A stretch of DNA of 62,749 nucleotides, filler included. It is 4 parts of 4 records of this genome, joined end to end, with 100 filler letters (N's around TTAATTAATTAA, not from the genome) between each part and the next. Parts side by side here need not be neighbours in the genome. Positions count along the whole stretch, not along the records: positions 1 to 28,504 come from SRR20825010_3742; positions 28,605 to 39,518 come from SRR20825010_3747; 2 more parts are not named here. One strand, written 5' to 3'. Position 1 is the stretch's first letter. Each line of letters opens with the position of its first letter. A program made the translations under genes and the position numbers. The notes beneath the pieces are model-generated. The model was not told the origin of the DNA. It saw only the letters and a program-made list of their open reading frames with translations, and did not search any database. This document shows, piece by piece, positions 19,938 to 29,459 of this stretch.

Positions 19938-20167
19938 TCAATCTGCGTGACCGGATAGGAGACAAATCAGCGACGGAAGGGAGGTCGCTTTGCGAGTTCG
20001 CTCGCATGATGGCGAGCACTCGTCGAAAGGCGGGGTAGCGACGGCAAGGTCGGAACGAATGATCTCGAAGCCGCTGATCTCGAGGCCGCCGCCACCAGTC
20101 ATTCATTATTGTCAACCGATTCGTCCGTGTCTTGCCGATTCGTTGCATTGATTTGTAAAATCCTCGC

Positions 20168-20932
20168 ATGACAAAAGCACTATCTGACATCAACCACTGG
20201 CGAACCGATCTCTTTGACAGCATTGCCAACCCGATGGCCTGTTTGGAGCTGTTCGATTATTTGCCGCAAGTCTATATGTACGTCAAAGCGGCTGACGGAC
20301 GCTATCTACGGGCCAATCGCGTGGTGTGCCGCGTTGTTGGCGTCGAGGATGAATCGTCGATCATTGGCAAAACCGACCTCGATTTCTTTCCACCGGCAAC
20401 GGCAACTCAGTACATCGAGGAGGATCGACGTGTGGTCGCTTCGGGCGAGACTTTGACGGATCAAATTTGGCTGGTTCCCGACAGCCGCGGTGTCCCTCAG
20501 ATCTATTCCTGCAATAAGATTCCGTTGCTCAATCAAGCCGGCGACGTGGTTGCTTTGGCGGGAGTCAAGCGGCCCTACCATGATTCGGATGCCCCCGAGA
20601 GCGGTCATTTGCGGTTGCTCAAGGTGGTTCAGTTCGTGACACAAAACTATGGCGAACAAATCGCGGTCGCGGACTTGGCACGGGAAGCCAACTTGTCACC
20701 CAGCCAGCTGCACCGCGAATTCATTCGGCTGTTTGGAATCACGCCGAACCACTACATCCGCGAAGTCCGAGTTGGTGTCGCCAGACATTTGCTCGAGTCG
20801 ACACAGGAAGCGATCGGCAGCATTGCCGCCTCCACCGGGTTTTACGACCAAAGCCATCTGACACGGCAATTCAAAGCGTCGACGGGCATCACTCCGACCG
20901 AATACCGACGAACCTACAGCCCTCTTGGCTGA
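20168..20932 (+). CDS. AraC family transcriptional regulator with N-terminal PAS domain
   Basis: PAS-like YVKAADGRYLRAN..IGKTDLDFFP; C-terminal IAASTGFYDQSHLTRQFKASTGITPTEYR AraC signature; divergent from the DUF1501/PSD1 operon. Confidence 0.93.
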   Translation: MTKALSDINHWRTDLFDSIANPMACLELFDYLPQVYMYVKAADGRYLRANRVVCRVVGVEDESSIIGKTDLDFFPPATATQYIEEDRRVVASGETLTDQIWLVPDSRGVPQIYSCNKIPLLNQAGDVVALAGVKRPYHDSDAPESGHLRLLKVVQFVTQNYGEQIAVADLAREANLSPSQLHREFIRLFGITPNHYIREVRVGVARHLLESTQEAIGSIAASTGFYDQSHLTRQFKASTGITPTEYRRTYSPLG

Positions 20933-21251
20933 AGTCTGACGATCTCGCCCAGCTCGCCGCCCCTTCCCAAATTGAGACGGTCACAACAGAAAATGCGACA
21001 CTTTTGACGACAAGCGTTTCAGGTGAATTCTACCGGGCCTAAGACGAACGCCTCTCGGACATCTGCGGATGGTTCATTTGCTTTCAAATTGGTCGTTCAA
21101 TGGTCGCACCGACGCTCGTGAGCACTGCAATCCGTGCAATTGCCGGGATTTGCTGGATTTTGAATGGCGGCGTATCGCATTGGCACACAACCTGCAATTC
21201 CGATGATCCACCGCAACAAGATTTCCCACCAGACTTTTCTTTGGATCCATC

Positions 21252-22718
21252 ATGGCCACTGTCGATCTGCACTCCTCGGTCAACCGCCACCCTCAATCGC
21301 CCCTCAATTGGAGGATGCCGACGAGCGGTGCGGTGCCTCGTATCCGAGTGACTGCATGGTGGACAATGTTGGCGTGCAGCGTCATCGCTTTGGGTACGAG
21401 CAGTTACCTGGCGTACACCTCATTCACCTCGTCACCGGTCGCAGGCTGTTCCGGCGGAAGTGTCTTTGATTGCGGGCATGTGCTGCACAGTCGTTGGTCG
21501 AAAGTTGCCACTGTGCCGGTCAGCGTCCCAGCGATTCTGACTCACCTGTCCGTCATCTCGTTGCTTTTGTTCCGTCCGATCAGCCTGTTCTGGAAACGAG
21601 TTCGCTCGGGTGCTCTGGGCGTTGCGGCTCTGACGGCTGGTGGTGCGGCGTTGTGGTTCCTGGGTCTTCAAATCTTCGCACTTGGTCACCTGTGCCCATA
21701 TTGCTTGGTCGCTCATATCGCCGGATTGGTGTTAGCCGGCACGTATCTGTTCAGCCGTCCGACTCATGCTCCATCGCTTCGATACATCGCTCCCGCCGCA
21801 GCGGCAGGCTTGGCTGTGTTGATCACGCTGCAAGTCGCCACGGAACCACCACCGACATTTGAAGTGATCGAACACACTGCTCAACCGGCGACCTTCAGTG
21901 CTCCTGGAGCAAGTGATGGTTCTGAAACATTCGCCGCACCTGGCGTATTCGAAGCACCGGCCGGCGATGCATCAGCGAAAGGTGAAGTCATCGATGGATT
22001 GTTCGCTCCACCCGAATCGGTCAGCAACATCAATGAAGCAAACCGTTTGCTCAGCCTAATCGCTGAATTCGATGCGGCTCGTTTCGCAATGGCAATGGTG
22101 AACCCAGCGTCGTTGCTTTCGGCGGAAGTGGACTCCGCATCGGACACTCCAAAGACCGCGGAAATCTTGGGTGGTGTTCGATTGACAACCAAAGATTGGC
22201 CGCTAGTTGGAAAGCCGGACGCGGAAATGGTTTTCGTCGAAATGTTCGACTATACATGCCCGCATTGCCAACGGACTCACGAGTCACTCAAGGCCGCCGA
22301 ACAACACTTTGGTGACCGATTGGCCATCATCATGTTGCCGGTTCCACTCGATGGCCAATGCAATCCTGAGATCAAGAGCACGCACGCGTCGCATCGCGAA
22401 GCTTGTGATCTGGCAAAGCTAGCCGTAGCGGTTTGGTTGGTCGACCGAGAAAAGTTTGCCGATTTCCATTCGTTCCTGTTCGAGTCCAAGTCGAACTATT
22501 CGCAAGCGTTGTCGCATGCATCAAAAATGGTTGACGAAGCCAAGCTGAAATCGATCGTCAGCGGTCCGACTCCTACCGAGTACATCCAAAAACACGTGCA
22601 GCTTTACCAGCGTGCGGGCGCCGGAACGATTCCTAAGTTGTTGTTTCCAAAGACAACCACCGTCGGAGCGGTTGAATCGTCTCAATCAATGATCCGGTTG
22701 ATCGAACAACACCTGTAA
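21252..22718 (+). CDS. Vitamin K epoxide reductase (VKOR) family protein fused to a DsbA-like thioredoxin domain
   Basis: Loop cysteines CSGGSVFDC..VLHSRWS, TM helices and LCPYC active site; low-complexity linker; FDYTCPHC and a cis-Pro-like TIP in the C-terminal domain. Confidence 0.88.
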   Translation: MATVDLHSSVNRHPQSPLNWRMPTSGAVPRIRVTAWWTMLACSVIALGTSSYLAYTSFTSSPVAGCSGGSVFDCGHVLHSRWSKVATVPVSVPAILTHLSVISLLLFRPISLFWKRVRSGALGVAALTAGGAALWFLGLQIFALGHLCPYCLVAHIAGLVLAGTYLFSRPTHAPSLRYIAPAAAAGLAVLITLQVATEPPPTFEVIEHTAQPATFSAPGASDGSETFAAPGVFEAPAGDASAKGEVIDGLFAPPESVSNINEANRLLSLIAEFDAARFAMAMVNPASLLSAEVDSASDTPKTAEILGGVRLTTKDWPLVGKPDAEMVFVEMFDYTCPHCQRTHESLKAAEQHFGDRLAIIMLPVPLDGQCNPEIKSTHASHREACDLAKLAVAVWLVDREKFADFHSFLFESKSNYSQALSHASKMVDEAKLKSIVSGPTPTEYIQKHVQLYQRAGAGTIPKLLFPKTTTVGAVESSQSMIRLIEQHL

Positions 22719-22722
22719 AAAC

Positions 22723-22796
22723 GTGGGATAGGTTTCCATCCGGTGGAGCAACCTAAGGCTATCCAGTGCGAGCAAATACTGGGAATGTAAGCCACT
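22723..22796. repeat. Degenerate REP-like pair between convergent genes
   Basis: GTGGGATAGGTTTCCA ... CTGGGAATGTAAGCCAC form loosely inverted arms resembling planctomycete GTGG-type REPs (recall). Confidence 0.3.
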
Positions 22797-22800
22797 CTCG

Positions 22801-23262
22801 TCATACCGCTGCGTCGATTCGCAGGGCGACTTCCGAGACGCAACGCGGCGGACTCGATGCCTCGTCGGATAGCAACTCGATCTCGATTTGATTCTGCCCC
22901 AACAACGGCTTCGAAAGTGGCAGTCGGATTGCTTCGCGGGCGGTCTCTACCGTCAGCCCCACAAGGTCGTTTCCGCCGATCTCCTGATCGTTCAGTCGAA
23001 CCACAAAACGCTGGTTCGGTGCTGGGTCAATTTCGATTGACACCTTATCACCGTCTTCCAATCCAGTGGGGCAATTGAAATGCCGTCGATAGATGGCATG
23101 ATACTCCGACCGGGTTACCTGCCCGGGCACATCATTGCCCGTCGGAACCTCCGATGCACCCGACGTGTCCGGAACGTCCATGCGTTCCGCTCGATGCACC
23201 GACTGGCCATCGCAGAAAATTTCGCGGGTCCAGGGGCGTCGCAATCGAATGCGGTGAGTCAT
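22801..23262 (-). CDS. Hypothetical protein, possible jelly-roll/sugar-binding-like fold
   Basis: Start MTHRIRLRRPW at 23262 avoids overlap with truA; YRRHFNCPTGL, VRLNDQ and NQIEIEL resemble GH2-type beta-sandwich motifs. Confidence 0.65.
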   Translation of the reverse strand: MTHRIRLRRPWTREIFCDGQSVHRAERMDVPDTSGASEVPTGNDVPGQVTRSEYHAIYRRHFNCPTGLEDGDKVSIEIDPAPNQRFVVRLNDQEIGGNDLVGLTVETAREAIRLPLSKPLLGQNQIEIELLSDEASSPPRCVSEVALRIDAAV

Positions 23263-23289
23263 TGAGAACCGGTTCCAAAGAGAAATGAA

Positions 23290-24120
23290 TTGCAAGCCAA
23301 CGATCGCCCTCGCACGTTTCATCTGACGGTCGCTTACGACGGTACCGAATATTGTGGCTGGCAAGTCCAGCCTGAACAGCGGTCGATCCAATCTGAACTG
23401 GAACGCGTCATCCGACCGTTGGCTGGTCGTCCGGTGCGAGTCTTGGGCAGTGGCCGAACCGACGCGGGAGTTCATGCGATCGGGCAGGTAGCTCGATGTG
23501 TATTACCGGTTTGGAAAGCCAACACGGTTGCCCTGCAGCGCGCGATCAACAGCAAACTGCCAAACGACATTCGCGTCAAAGCGGTCCGTGAGACTCGCGA
23601 ACGATTTCATCCCATCGCCGATGCGACGGGAAAGCAGTATCAGTATCTCGTTCAAGTTGGTGGCAGTCGCGATCCATTCGCGAATCGTTTTGTCAATCGC
23701 GTTGGTGGTCCGATTAATCATACGGCAATGCAATCGGCCGCGGCAAAGTTCGTCGGGCGTCACGATTTCAAAGCGTTTCAGGGAACCGGCGCTGAACGAC
23801 CGTCGACCGTTCGTACAATCCATTCAGCTCGTTGGATTCCTCGCGTTGCCACCGGACCAACCGGAGCGGAACTGGAGGGCGAGCACTGGTGTTTCGAAAT
23901 CGATGGAGAAGGTTTCCTCTACAACATGGTTCGCAACCTGATGGGCACGATGCTGGAGGTTGGACGAGGAAAGAAACCGCTTGACTGGATCGATGAGGTT
24001 CTGGCCAGTCGCGACCGCAAAATGGCAGGCCCGACCGCGCCGCCTCAAGGGTTGTTCCTTTGCCGAGTCGACTACCCCGACGAAGTGTTTCAGGTGGAAG
24101 AACCCGACGTGATCGAATGA
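23290..24120 (+). CDS. truA: tRNA pseudouridine(38-40) synthase
   Basis: [24 protein letters not shown] (catalytic Asp), [21 protein letters not shown]. Confidence 0.96.
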   Translation: MQANDRPRTFHLTVAYDGTEYCGWQVQPEQRSIQSELERVIRPLAGRPVRVLGSGRTDAGVHAIGQVARCVLPVWKANTVALQRAINSKLPNDIRVKAVRETRERFHPIADATGKQYQYLVQVGGSRDPFANRFVNRVGGPINHTAMQSAAAKFVGRHDFKAFQGTGAERPSTVRTIHSARWIPRVATGPTGAELEGEHWCFEIDGEGFLYNMVRNLMGTMLEVGRGKKPLDWIDEVLASRDRKMAGPTAPPQGLFLCRVDYPDEVFQVEEPDVIE

Positions 24121-24278
24121 GCGGACCCATTCGAAACAATGTTCATCAAAACTTCATCGTCATCGACGATAAACCGCGGGTTTTACGGTCGAAACGAGAG
24201 AGTGTGTTCCTTCGCAAAACCGGGTGTTGATTGGTAAACTGACACGACCGGTTCACCTCTCATTGATGCGATGTCTTT

Positions 24279-25793
24279 ATGTCTGCCGAGAGCCCTCCCG
24301 CCTCTGCGCCCATCCTAGATGAAGAGTCCCGTGCACTCGTGCGGCGATCCATCGCTGCCGGTGTGGTGACACTGGACGAGATCAAAACAGTCGTTGCTTC
24401 TCTGATGACTGACGACACTCGGTTCACTCCGCAGCGTCTCGCCGATGGCATGCAGAACGCAGGTTTGCTGACGCGATGGCAATCCAGCAAGTTGCTTGCC
24501 GGCAAGAGCAAAGGCTTCTTTCTAGGTGCCTACAAACTGCTTCGCCCGCTCGGCAAAGGCGGCATGGGGATGGTTTATCTGGGTGAACACAGTGTCATGA
24601 AGCGTCAGATGGCGCTGAAGATCTTGAACTCAGACTCCAGCCGTGACGAACGCCGAATTCAACGCTTTCAAGAAGAGGCTCGTGCATCGGCCCAACTTGA
24701 TCATCCAAACATTGTTCGCGCGTACGACTTCAATCAGTCCAACGGCAAACTCTACATCGTGATGGAATACATCGACGGGATTGATTTGCATCAAGTCGTC
24801 GCTCGCGATGGCGTGATGTCGATCGCCGCCGCGGTCGATGCGATGTATCAAGCCACCGGCGGATTGGCTCACGCTCACGAGCGAGGAATCATTCACCGCG
24901 ACATCAAACCGTCCAACTTGATGCTGCGATCCGATGGCGTGGTGAAGGTCAGCGACATGGGTCTGGCTCGCATCGGATGGTCGGAAGGTTCGGGCGATAC
25001 CAGCAAACGTCGGCTGACCGGAACAGCCGACTTTGTCGCACCAGAACAGGCTCTCAACAGCCACAGCGTCGATGCCAGAGCGGACATCTATTCGCTCGGA
25101 TGCACGTTGTTCTTTCTGCTGACCGGTCGTCCACCGTACAAAGGTGACACCGTGGCACAACGACTGGCTAAACATCAGACCGCCCCCGTTCCCGACGTTC
25201 GCAAGCTGCGTCCGGATTGCCCCGCACCACTGGCAAGTTTGCTGACTCGGATGATGGCCAAGAAACCCGCCGATCGTCCGCCATCGGCAGTGGATTTGAT
25301 CGGCCAATTCGATCGCATCCGCCGCTCGGCCGGACTGAAACAAAAGAACCATCAACCGCTCGCCGCAATCGCGTCGACATCGGACACGACCGACGAAGGT
25401 CAACTTTATCAAGCGACGATGGATGACCAGTCGGTTTTCAATGGTTCAGATGCCGACGAAACGTGGCAGGATTCGAGCGAGTTTGATTTCAGCACGCTGC
25501 CCGATATCGGTGTCGCGACCACACCAAGTGCATTCCCCAGATCAACGTCTGGATTGTCTAGCCCACCGCCGCCGCGTGCTGGCCTGGCATCAAACAATCA
25601 ATCATCCACCGGATCCAGTTCCAATCAAAATCAGACGTTGATGCTGGGGATGGGGTTGGCGATCGCTGTTATCGCCCTGATGACAGTGCTGGGGATGGCC
25701 GTTTACACGATCGCGAAACCGGATGCGCCGGCGGCACCGAAAATCAAAGCCACCGAGAGTGGCAAAGAGATCGTCATCATCAACGGCGGTTGA
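24279..25793 (+). CDS. Hanks-type Ser/Thr protein kinase with C-terminal TM helix
   Basis: LGKGGMGMVY, MALK, HRDIKPSN, DMGLAR (DFG variant), GTADFVAPEQ, DIYSLG; hydrophobic helix near the C-terminus. Confidence 0.95.
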   Translation: MSAESPPASAPILDEESRALVRRSIAAGVVTLDEIKTVVASLMTDDTRFTPQRLADGMQNAGLLTRWQSSKLLAGKSKGFFLGAYKLLRPLGKGGMGMVYLGEHSVMKRQMALKILNSDSSRDERRIQRFQEEARASAQLDHPNIVRAYDFNQSNGKLYIVMEYIDGIDLHQVVARDGVMSIAAAVDAMYQATGGLAHAHERGIIHRDIKPSNLMLRSDGVVKVSDMGLARIGWSEGSGDTSKRRLTGTADFVAPEQALNSHSVDARADIYSLGCTLFFLLTGRPPYKGDTVAQRLAKHQTAPVPDVRKLRPDCPAPLASLLTRMMAKKPADRPPSAVDLIGQFDRIRRSAGLKQKNHQPLAAIASTSDTTDEGQLYQATMDDQSVFNGSDADETWQDSSEFDFSTLPDIGVATTPSAFPRSTSGLSSPPPPRAGLASNNQSSTGSSSNQNQTLMLGMGLAIAVIALMTVLGMAVYTIAKPDAPAAPKIKATESGKEIVIINGG

Positions 25794-25822
25794 AACCCCG
25801 GCAATATTGACTTGTTTTTGTT

Positions 25823-26836
25823 ATGATCAAAACCGCAGTAGCGGGGCGGCCCATGGGTGGTCGGACCGGATCCTTCCCTCCGATGCACAACCGACAGAAT
25901 CTGGTGACCGATAGCTCCGCACAATTGATTTTGGCTACCGGAAGCCGGGCCGGTATGGTCGCGGAGATTCGGTCGGGGTACTACATGATCGGTCGCGATC
26001 GCGTTTGCCAAATCCGGCCGAAGAGCCGCTCGGTGAGTCGAAAACACTGCTTGCTGCATTGGGAAACGCCGGCCGATTCCGAGCCACGGTTCCGAATCTT
26101 CGATCTCGACAGTTCCGCGGGAACGCGAGTCAACGGAACCCGCATTCCGAGTCGGACCTGGATCGAACTCGTCGACGGCGCTGAATTGAGATGCGGCAAA
26201 ATCGCATTTGGATTGGTGATCGAGTCGCGAGAGCAAGCGGCACGCAAACACGTCGCCGTTATCGACCCAAGAGAAGACACGGTGGTGAACTATCGCGGAT
26301 TTGACACCGCATCCGGCTTCGAAGACGAAGATGACGCGAAGCGGGCAAGCCGAGACCATTCGGCGAGACAAGACGATTCAACTCGGGCGGTCTCCGAGTC
26401 GCCCACCGTTTCGTTGCTGCAAGGAGAAGCGTGGCAGGAAGTCGACATCGCATCGTTTTTGGAAGCCGAAGACACCGTCGCTCGCGAAGCACGCTACGAC
26501 GATATTCGCGCCAAAACCTCCAATCCTGAATCCTCACGTCCTGATTCAGAATTCTTCGACCACGACGAAGAATTTATCGACGACGATGCGGCGGAACCGC
26601 CCGATCAAACGCCATCAGGTAGAGGCGCCGCCACAAACAAACGCGGCTCGGGATCGCCCCCCTCTGCAAAAGTAAAAGGTGCAGCCACAACGAGCATTCT
26701 GAACCGAGTCGACTGGGACAAGGTGAAGATATACGCCGCCTTTGCGATGACGATCGCCGTCTTCGTCTTCGGCGGGTATCAAGCGATGCAGTTTTGGCAG
26801 GGTCCGGAAGTTCGAATCGTGGACGGAATCGACTGA
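25823..26836 (+). CDS. FHA domain protein with C-terminal TM helix
   Basis: IGR, SVSRKH and DLDSSAGTRVNG FHA motifs; acidic linker; TM helix near the C-terminus. Start probably slightly internal. Confidence 0.88.
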   Translation: MIKTAVAGRPMGGRTGSFPPMHNRQNLVTDSSAQLILATGSRAGMVAEIRSGYYMIGRDRVCQIRPKSRSVSRKHCLLHWETPADSEPRFRIFDLDSSAGTRVNGTRIPSRTWIELVDGAELRCGKIAFGLVIESREQAARKHVAVIDPREDTVVNYRGFDTASGFEDEDDAKRASRDHSARQDDSTRAVSESPTVSLLQGEAWQEVDIASFLEAEDTVAREARYDDIRAKTSNPESSRPDSEFFDHDEEFIDDDAAEPPDQTPSGRGAATNKRGSGSPPSAKVKGAATTSILNRVDWDKVKIYAAFAMTIAVFVFGGYQAMQFWQGPEVRIVDGID

Positions 26837-26883
26837 CCAGGCCTCAAGCGGATGCACTGATCGCAACTATACTGCTCCGCAAC

Positions 26884-28392
26884 ATGCCATCCGATCGAAC
26901 CTCTAACGACTCATCTTCCACAGGTGACTCCAGCATTCTGAGCGATCGGTCTGGGGCGTCAGACGACCGCGTGGCAACAGTTGGCACTGCCGAGACCATC
27001 GCCAGTCAGTCCAATTGTGGCGAGCCAGTGGTTGGCGATTGCTCCGCATCTTCGGCAAACGCGGACGCTGGATTGACCAGCTCCGGCGAGGCTGTCCCCG
27101 GTCCGGCAATCGCCTATCAGGCTCCTTCGGACATTGAAGCCGGTAACTCTGCTCCCCCGAGCAAGTTCGCCAAAGCGTTTTCGTTTGCCCAGACAGTCGG
27201 CTTTGCCTTTGGAATCGTGGCGTTGCAGATGGGCCAAGGCATTTTGTTGGCCCGACTACTCGGACCGGTCGGCCGAGGCGAATACGCGACGACCGTTCTG
27301 TATGTGCAGATGCTGCTCTACATCGGTTTGTTCGGCGGCGTGGAAGTCATCTGCCGTTACGCCGCCGATCGAACGGTTGAGACGATCAAGCTTCGACGGG
27401 CGGCGATGTGGTTGGGCTTGACCACCGGAGTCGTGACGACTGGATTGGTTGTGCTCTGCAACGTAATCGCGTTGCCCAACGAGAAAGCCTATCTGATGTC
27501 GCTGGGTTGCTTGTGCGCGTTCAGCGTTATCGGCCAACACGTGATGCTGATTATGACCGCGGTCGATCGCGGGGCAGGCGACTTCTCGAAGTACAACGTG
27601 CGTCGATTCGTTTCCGCCGCCGCGTTTCCCGCATTGCTGCTGGTTGCAGCCTTCGTGACCGACGTGACGCTGAATTTGGCTTGCGTGTTGTTCGTCATCG
27701 CATCGGCAATCTCAATGGGCGCCTGTGTGTTCGGACTCCCCAAACTAGCCACGGGTAAAAGCGAACCGCCCGTCAAACAACTTTTGAAAGAAAGCCGCCC
27801 TTACGGCGTTTCCATGTTGGCGACGGACCTTTTCGAACGATTGGATTTGTTGCTCGTGATGTGGTTGGTTCCGCTTCTAACGCAAGGCTTTTACGCAGCG
27901 ATGGTTCCTGTCGTCTATCCGTTGACGGTGATTCCTAACACGCTGGGCATTTACTTGTTCAATACCGCGGCGGATCGCAGCAAACGACTGCGAACATCGG
28001 ACGTGCACCGAATTCTTGGTGGCTCCATCGCGATCCAAACCGTTTCCACCATCGTCTTCATCATCTTGATCGGACCGTTGGTGAAGCTCGTTTATGGCGA
28101 GGAATTTGCCCCCGCGATTGTGTTCGCTTGGTGGCTCGCCCCGGTGTCCGCGATCAAAGGCATCCTGCAAGGGTTGGACAGCTACGTCAAAGGCCGAGGC
28201 AAACCACTCGCACCCATCCGATGCCGCATCGTTGCTTCCCTCGTCATGCTGGGATTGACCGCCGCGTTCGTCGGATCCTATGGCGCGATCGCGATCGCGG
28301 TGGCTGCTTTGGTCGGACAAGTCATCTGTTTGGTATGGCTGTCCGCAATCGTCTACGCCGACGTTCGCGAACAAAACGCGGTGATCGAATAG
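26884..28392 (+). CDS. Polysaccharide flippase (Wzx/MOP superfamily)
   Basis: ILLARLLGPVGRGEY and RLDLLLV..GFYAA motifs; many TM helices; disordered N-terminus. Confidence 0.82.
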   Translation: MPSDRTSNDSSSTGDSSILSDRSGASDDRVATVGTAETIASQSNCGEPVVGDCSASSANADAGLTSSGEAVPGPAIAYQAPSDIEAGNSAPPSKFAKAFSFAQTVGFAFGIVALQMGQGILLARLLGPVGRGEYATTVLYVQMLLYIGLFGGVEVICRYAADRTVETIKLRRAAMWLGLTTGVVTTGLVVLCNVIALPNEKAYLMSLGCLCAFSVIGQHVMLIMTAVDRGAGDFSKYNVRRFVSAAAFPALLLVAAFVTDVTLNLACVLFVIASAISMGACVFGLPKLATGKSEPPVKQLLKESRPYGVSMLATDLFERLDLLLVMWLVPLLTQGFYAAMVPVVYPLTVIPNTLGIYLFNTAADRSKRLRTSDVHRILGGSIAIQTVSTIVFIILIGPLVKLVYGEEFAPAIVFAWWLAPVSAIKGILQGLDSYVKGRGKPLAPIRCRIVASLVMLGLTAAFVGSYGAIAIAVAALVGQVICLVWLSAIVYADVREQNAVIE

Positions 28393-28504
28393 TTCACCTT
28401 ACCGAACGCGGATCGAGTTCCGTCTCGATTGAATGCTTCCTTGCTTAGGAAGGCGTGAACACTAAAAGACGATCTTAGCGGTGCGGCGCAAGCCGCCCGG
28501 TGAG

Positions 28505-28604
28505 NNNNNNNNNNNNNNNNNNNNNNNNNNNNNNNNNNNNNNNNNNNNTTAATTAATTAANNNNNNNNNNNNNNNNNNNNNNNNNNNNNNNNNNNNNNNN
28601 NNNN
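28505..28604. other. Artificial contig spacer
   Basis: N44-TTAATTAATTAA-N44; the linker gives stop codons in all six frames. Confidence 0.99.
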
Positions 28605-28742
28605 ACCCAAGAGCCTGAGACCCAAGAGCCTGAGCCCCAGGAGCCTGAGACCCAAGGCCAACAAACCCCGGCGACCAGAAACCCGAAGGTGGATGGCCCC
28701 AAAGGTGATGAGCTCCAAAAGGCAGCTGAACTCACGACATAA
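28605..28742 (+). CDS. Probable 3' end of a gene with (T/P)QEPE pentapeptide repeats (truncated by contig edge)
   Basis: Three 15-bp units ACCCAAGAGCCTGAG x2 and CCCCAGGAGCCTGAG, read as TQEPETQEPEPQEPETQGQ...ELTT, stop at 28740-28742. Confidence 0.5.
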   Translation, partial: TQEPETQEPEPQEPETQGQQTPATRNPKVDGPKGDELQKAAELTT

Positions 28743-28838
28743 GCAGCCCCAAAACTCGATTGTCGGCGACAACTCGACACAACCCGCGCCGACGCCCGAG
28801 CCAAAACTTAAGCATACTCACACAATTACTGCCATTAT

Positions 28839-28860
28839 TAGAATCAGAATTCTAATTCTA
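28839..28860. promoter_or_regulatory. 22-bp near-perfect AT-rich palindrome
   Basis: TAGAATCAGAATTCTAATTCTA is self-complementary except for one pair and contains a GANTC site. Confidence 0.5.
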
Positions 28861-28917
28861 TTACAAGAAAAAAGAGCACACGTTCCACAATTAGAAATGG
28901 TGGTACTCGTTGAAGGT

Positions 28918-29001
28918 TCTCACTAAGTTTGTTTTTTCTCTCACAAAGCTTGCTTTTATTCTCACAAAGCCTGTTATTTCTCTCACTAAGCTTGTCGCAC
29001 A
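28918..29001 (+). repeat. Four abutting 21-bp direct repeats (core TCTCACWAAGYYTG)
   Basis: Units start at 28918, 28939, 28960, 28981: tctcactaagtttgttttttc / tctcacaaagcttgcttttat / tctcacaaagcctgttatttc / tctcactaagcttgtcgcaca. Confidence 0.95.
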
Positions 29002-29139
29002 CGGCCTTCGCTGGATGCTTGGCTGGCCCAACAGGTGTAAGGAGCGAGGTTTGTGCTCCATCCTCAACAGGGATATCTGGACGGCAACGTAGTGAGACTT
29101 AACGGAAGGCTAACGGGAAACAAGTCACACGAGATGTCC

Positions 29140-29423
29140 CACGAGGTCGTCCGTTCCTGCACATGAAGAGGCACGCGATTATGCCCGCTCGCTTATAGCT
29201 ACTCCCGGTTCCCCGCAATCCCGCAAACACAGAAAGAAGGTGGCGATGATCCGGAAGCCACCGAAAATGGAAAGGAGAAGTGCGTCTGCATAACATCGCC
29301 CCTCCTCACCCGTCCAAAACCGACAAACCGGCGGCAAAGGCGGGGAAGTAAGCTCATTCAATGTCCAAGTCTGACACCTCATGTATCTGCAATGCCGTCT
29401 CAGGCGAGTTTTTCAACGGAATA
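29140..29423 (+). pseudogene. Degenerate 3' remnant of an IS1182-like transposase with putative terminal repeat
   Basis: 29162-29248 translates to HEEARDYARSLIATPGSPQSRKHRKKVAM, resembling the HEEARDxAR...SRxxRKKVEM segment of alphaproteobacterial IS1182-family transposases (recall); GAGTTTTTCAACGGAATA at 29406-29423 resembles their terminal IR. Confidence 0.55.
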
Positions 29424-29459
29424 GGCCAGAAGCGATCATCATTGTTGTGATGGAAGCGC

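Noticed and set aside
168-28448. Numerous 60-260 aa ORFs overlapping recognised genes in the planctomycete contig
   Set aside because: Antisense or frame-shifted shadows of well-supported genes in GC-rich DNA, with no motifs.
28549-28560. TTAATTAATTAA as a biological motif, and ORFs running into the N tracts
   Set aside because: Identical linker at all three gaps; a pipeline artefact.
28918-29001. CRISPR array
   Set aside because: Units abut at a 21-bp period with no unique spacers and no cas genes; they look like protein-binding sites.
28918-29001. Plasmid iterons as the sole explanation of the 21-bp array
   Set aside because: Period and adjacent AT-rich DNA fit, but this does not explain the three inverted copies 10.4 kb away, the in-register TG termini or the flanking near-duplication, and no rep gene is visible. 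Kept as the main alternative, not excluded.
28981-29001. Transposon end pointing the other way (TGTGCGACAAGC on the minus strand from 29001)
   Set aside because: The matching position before 39349 (ATCAAAC) has no TG, so an outward-facing pair of ends is unsupported.
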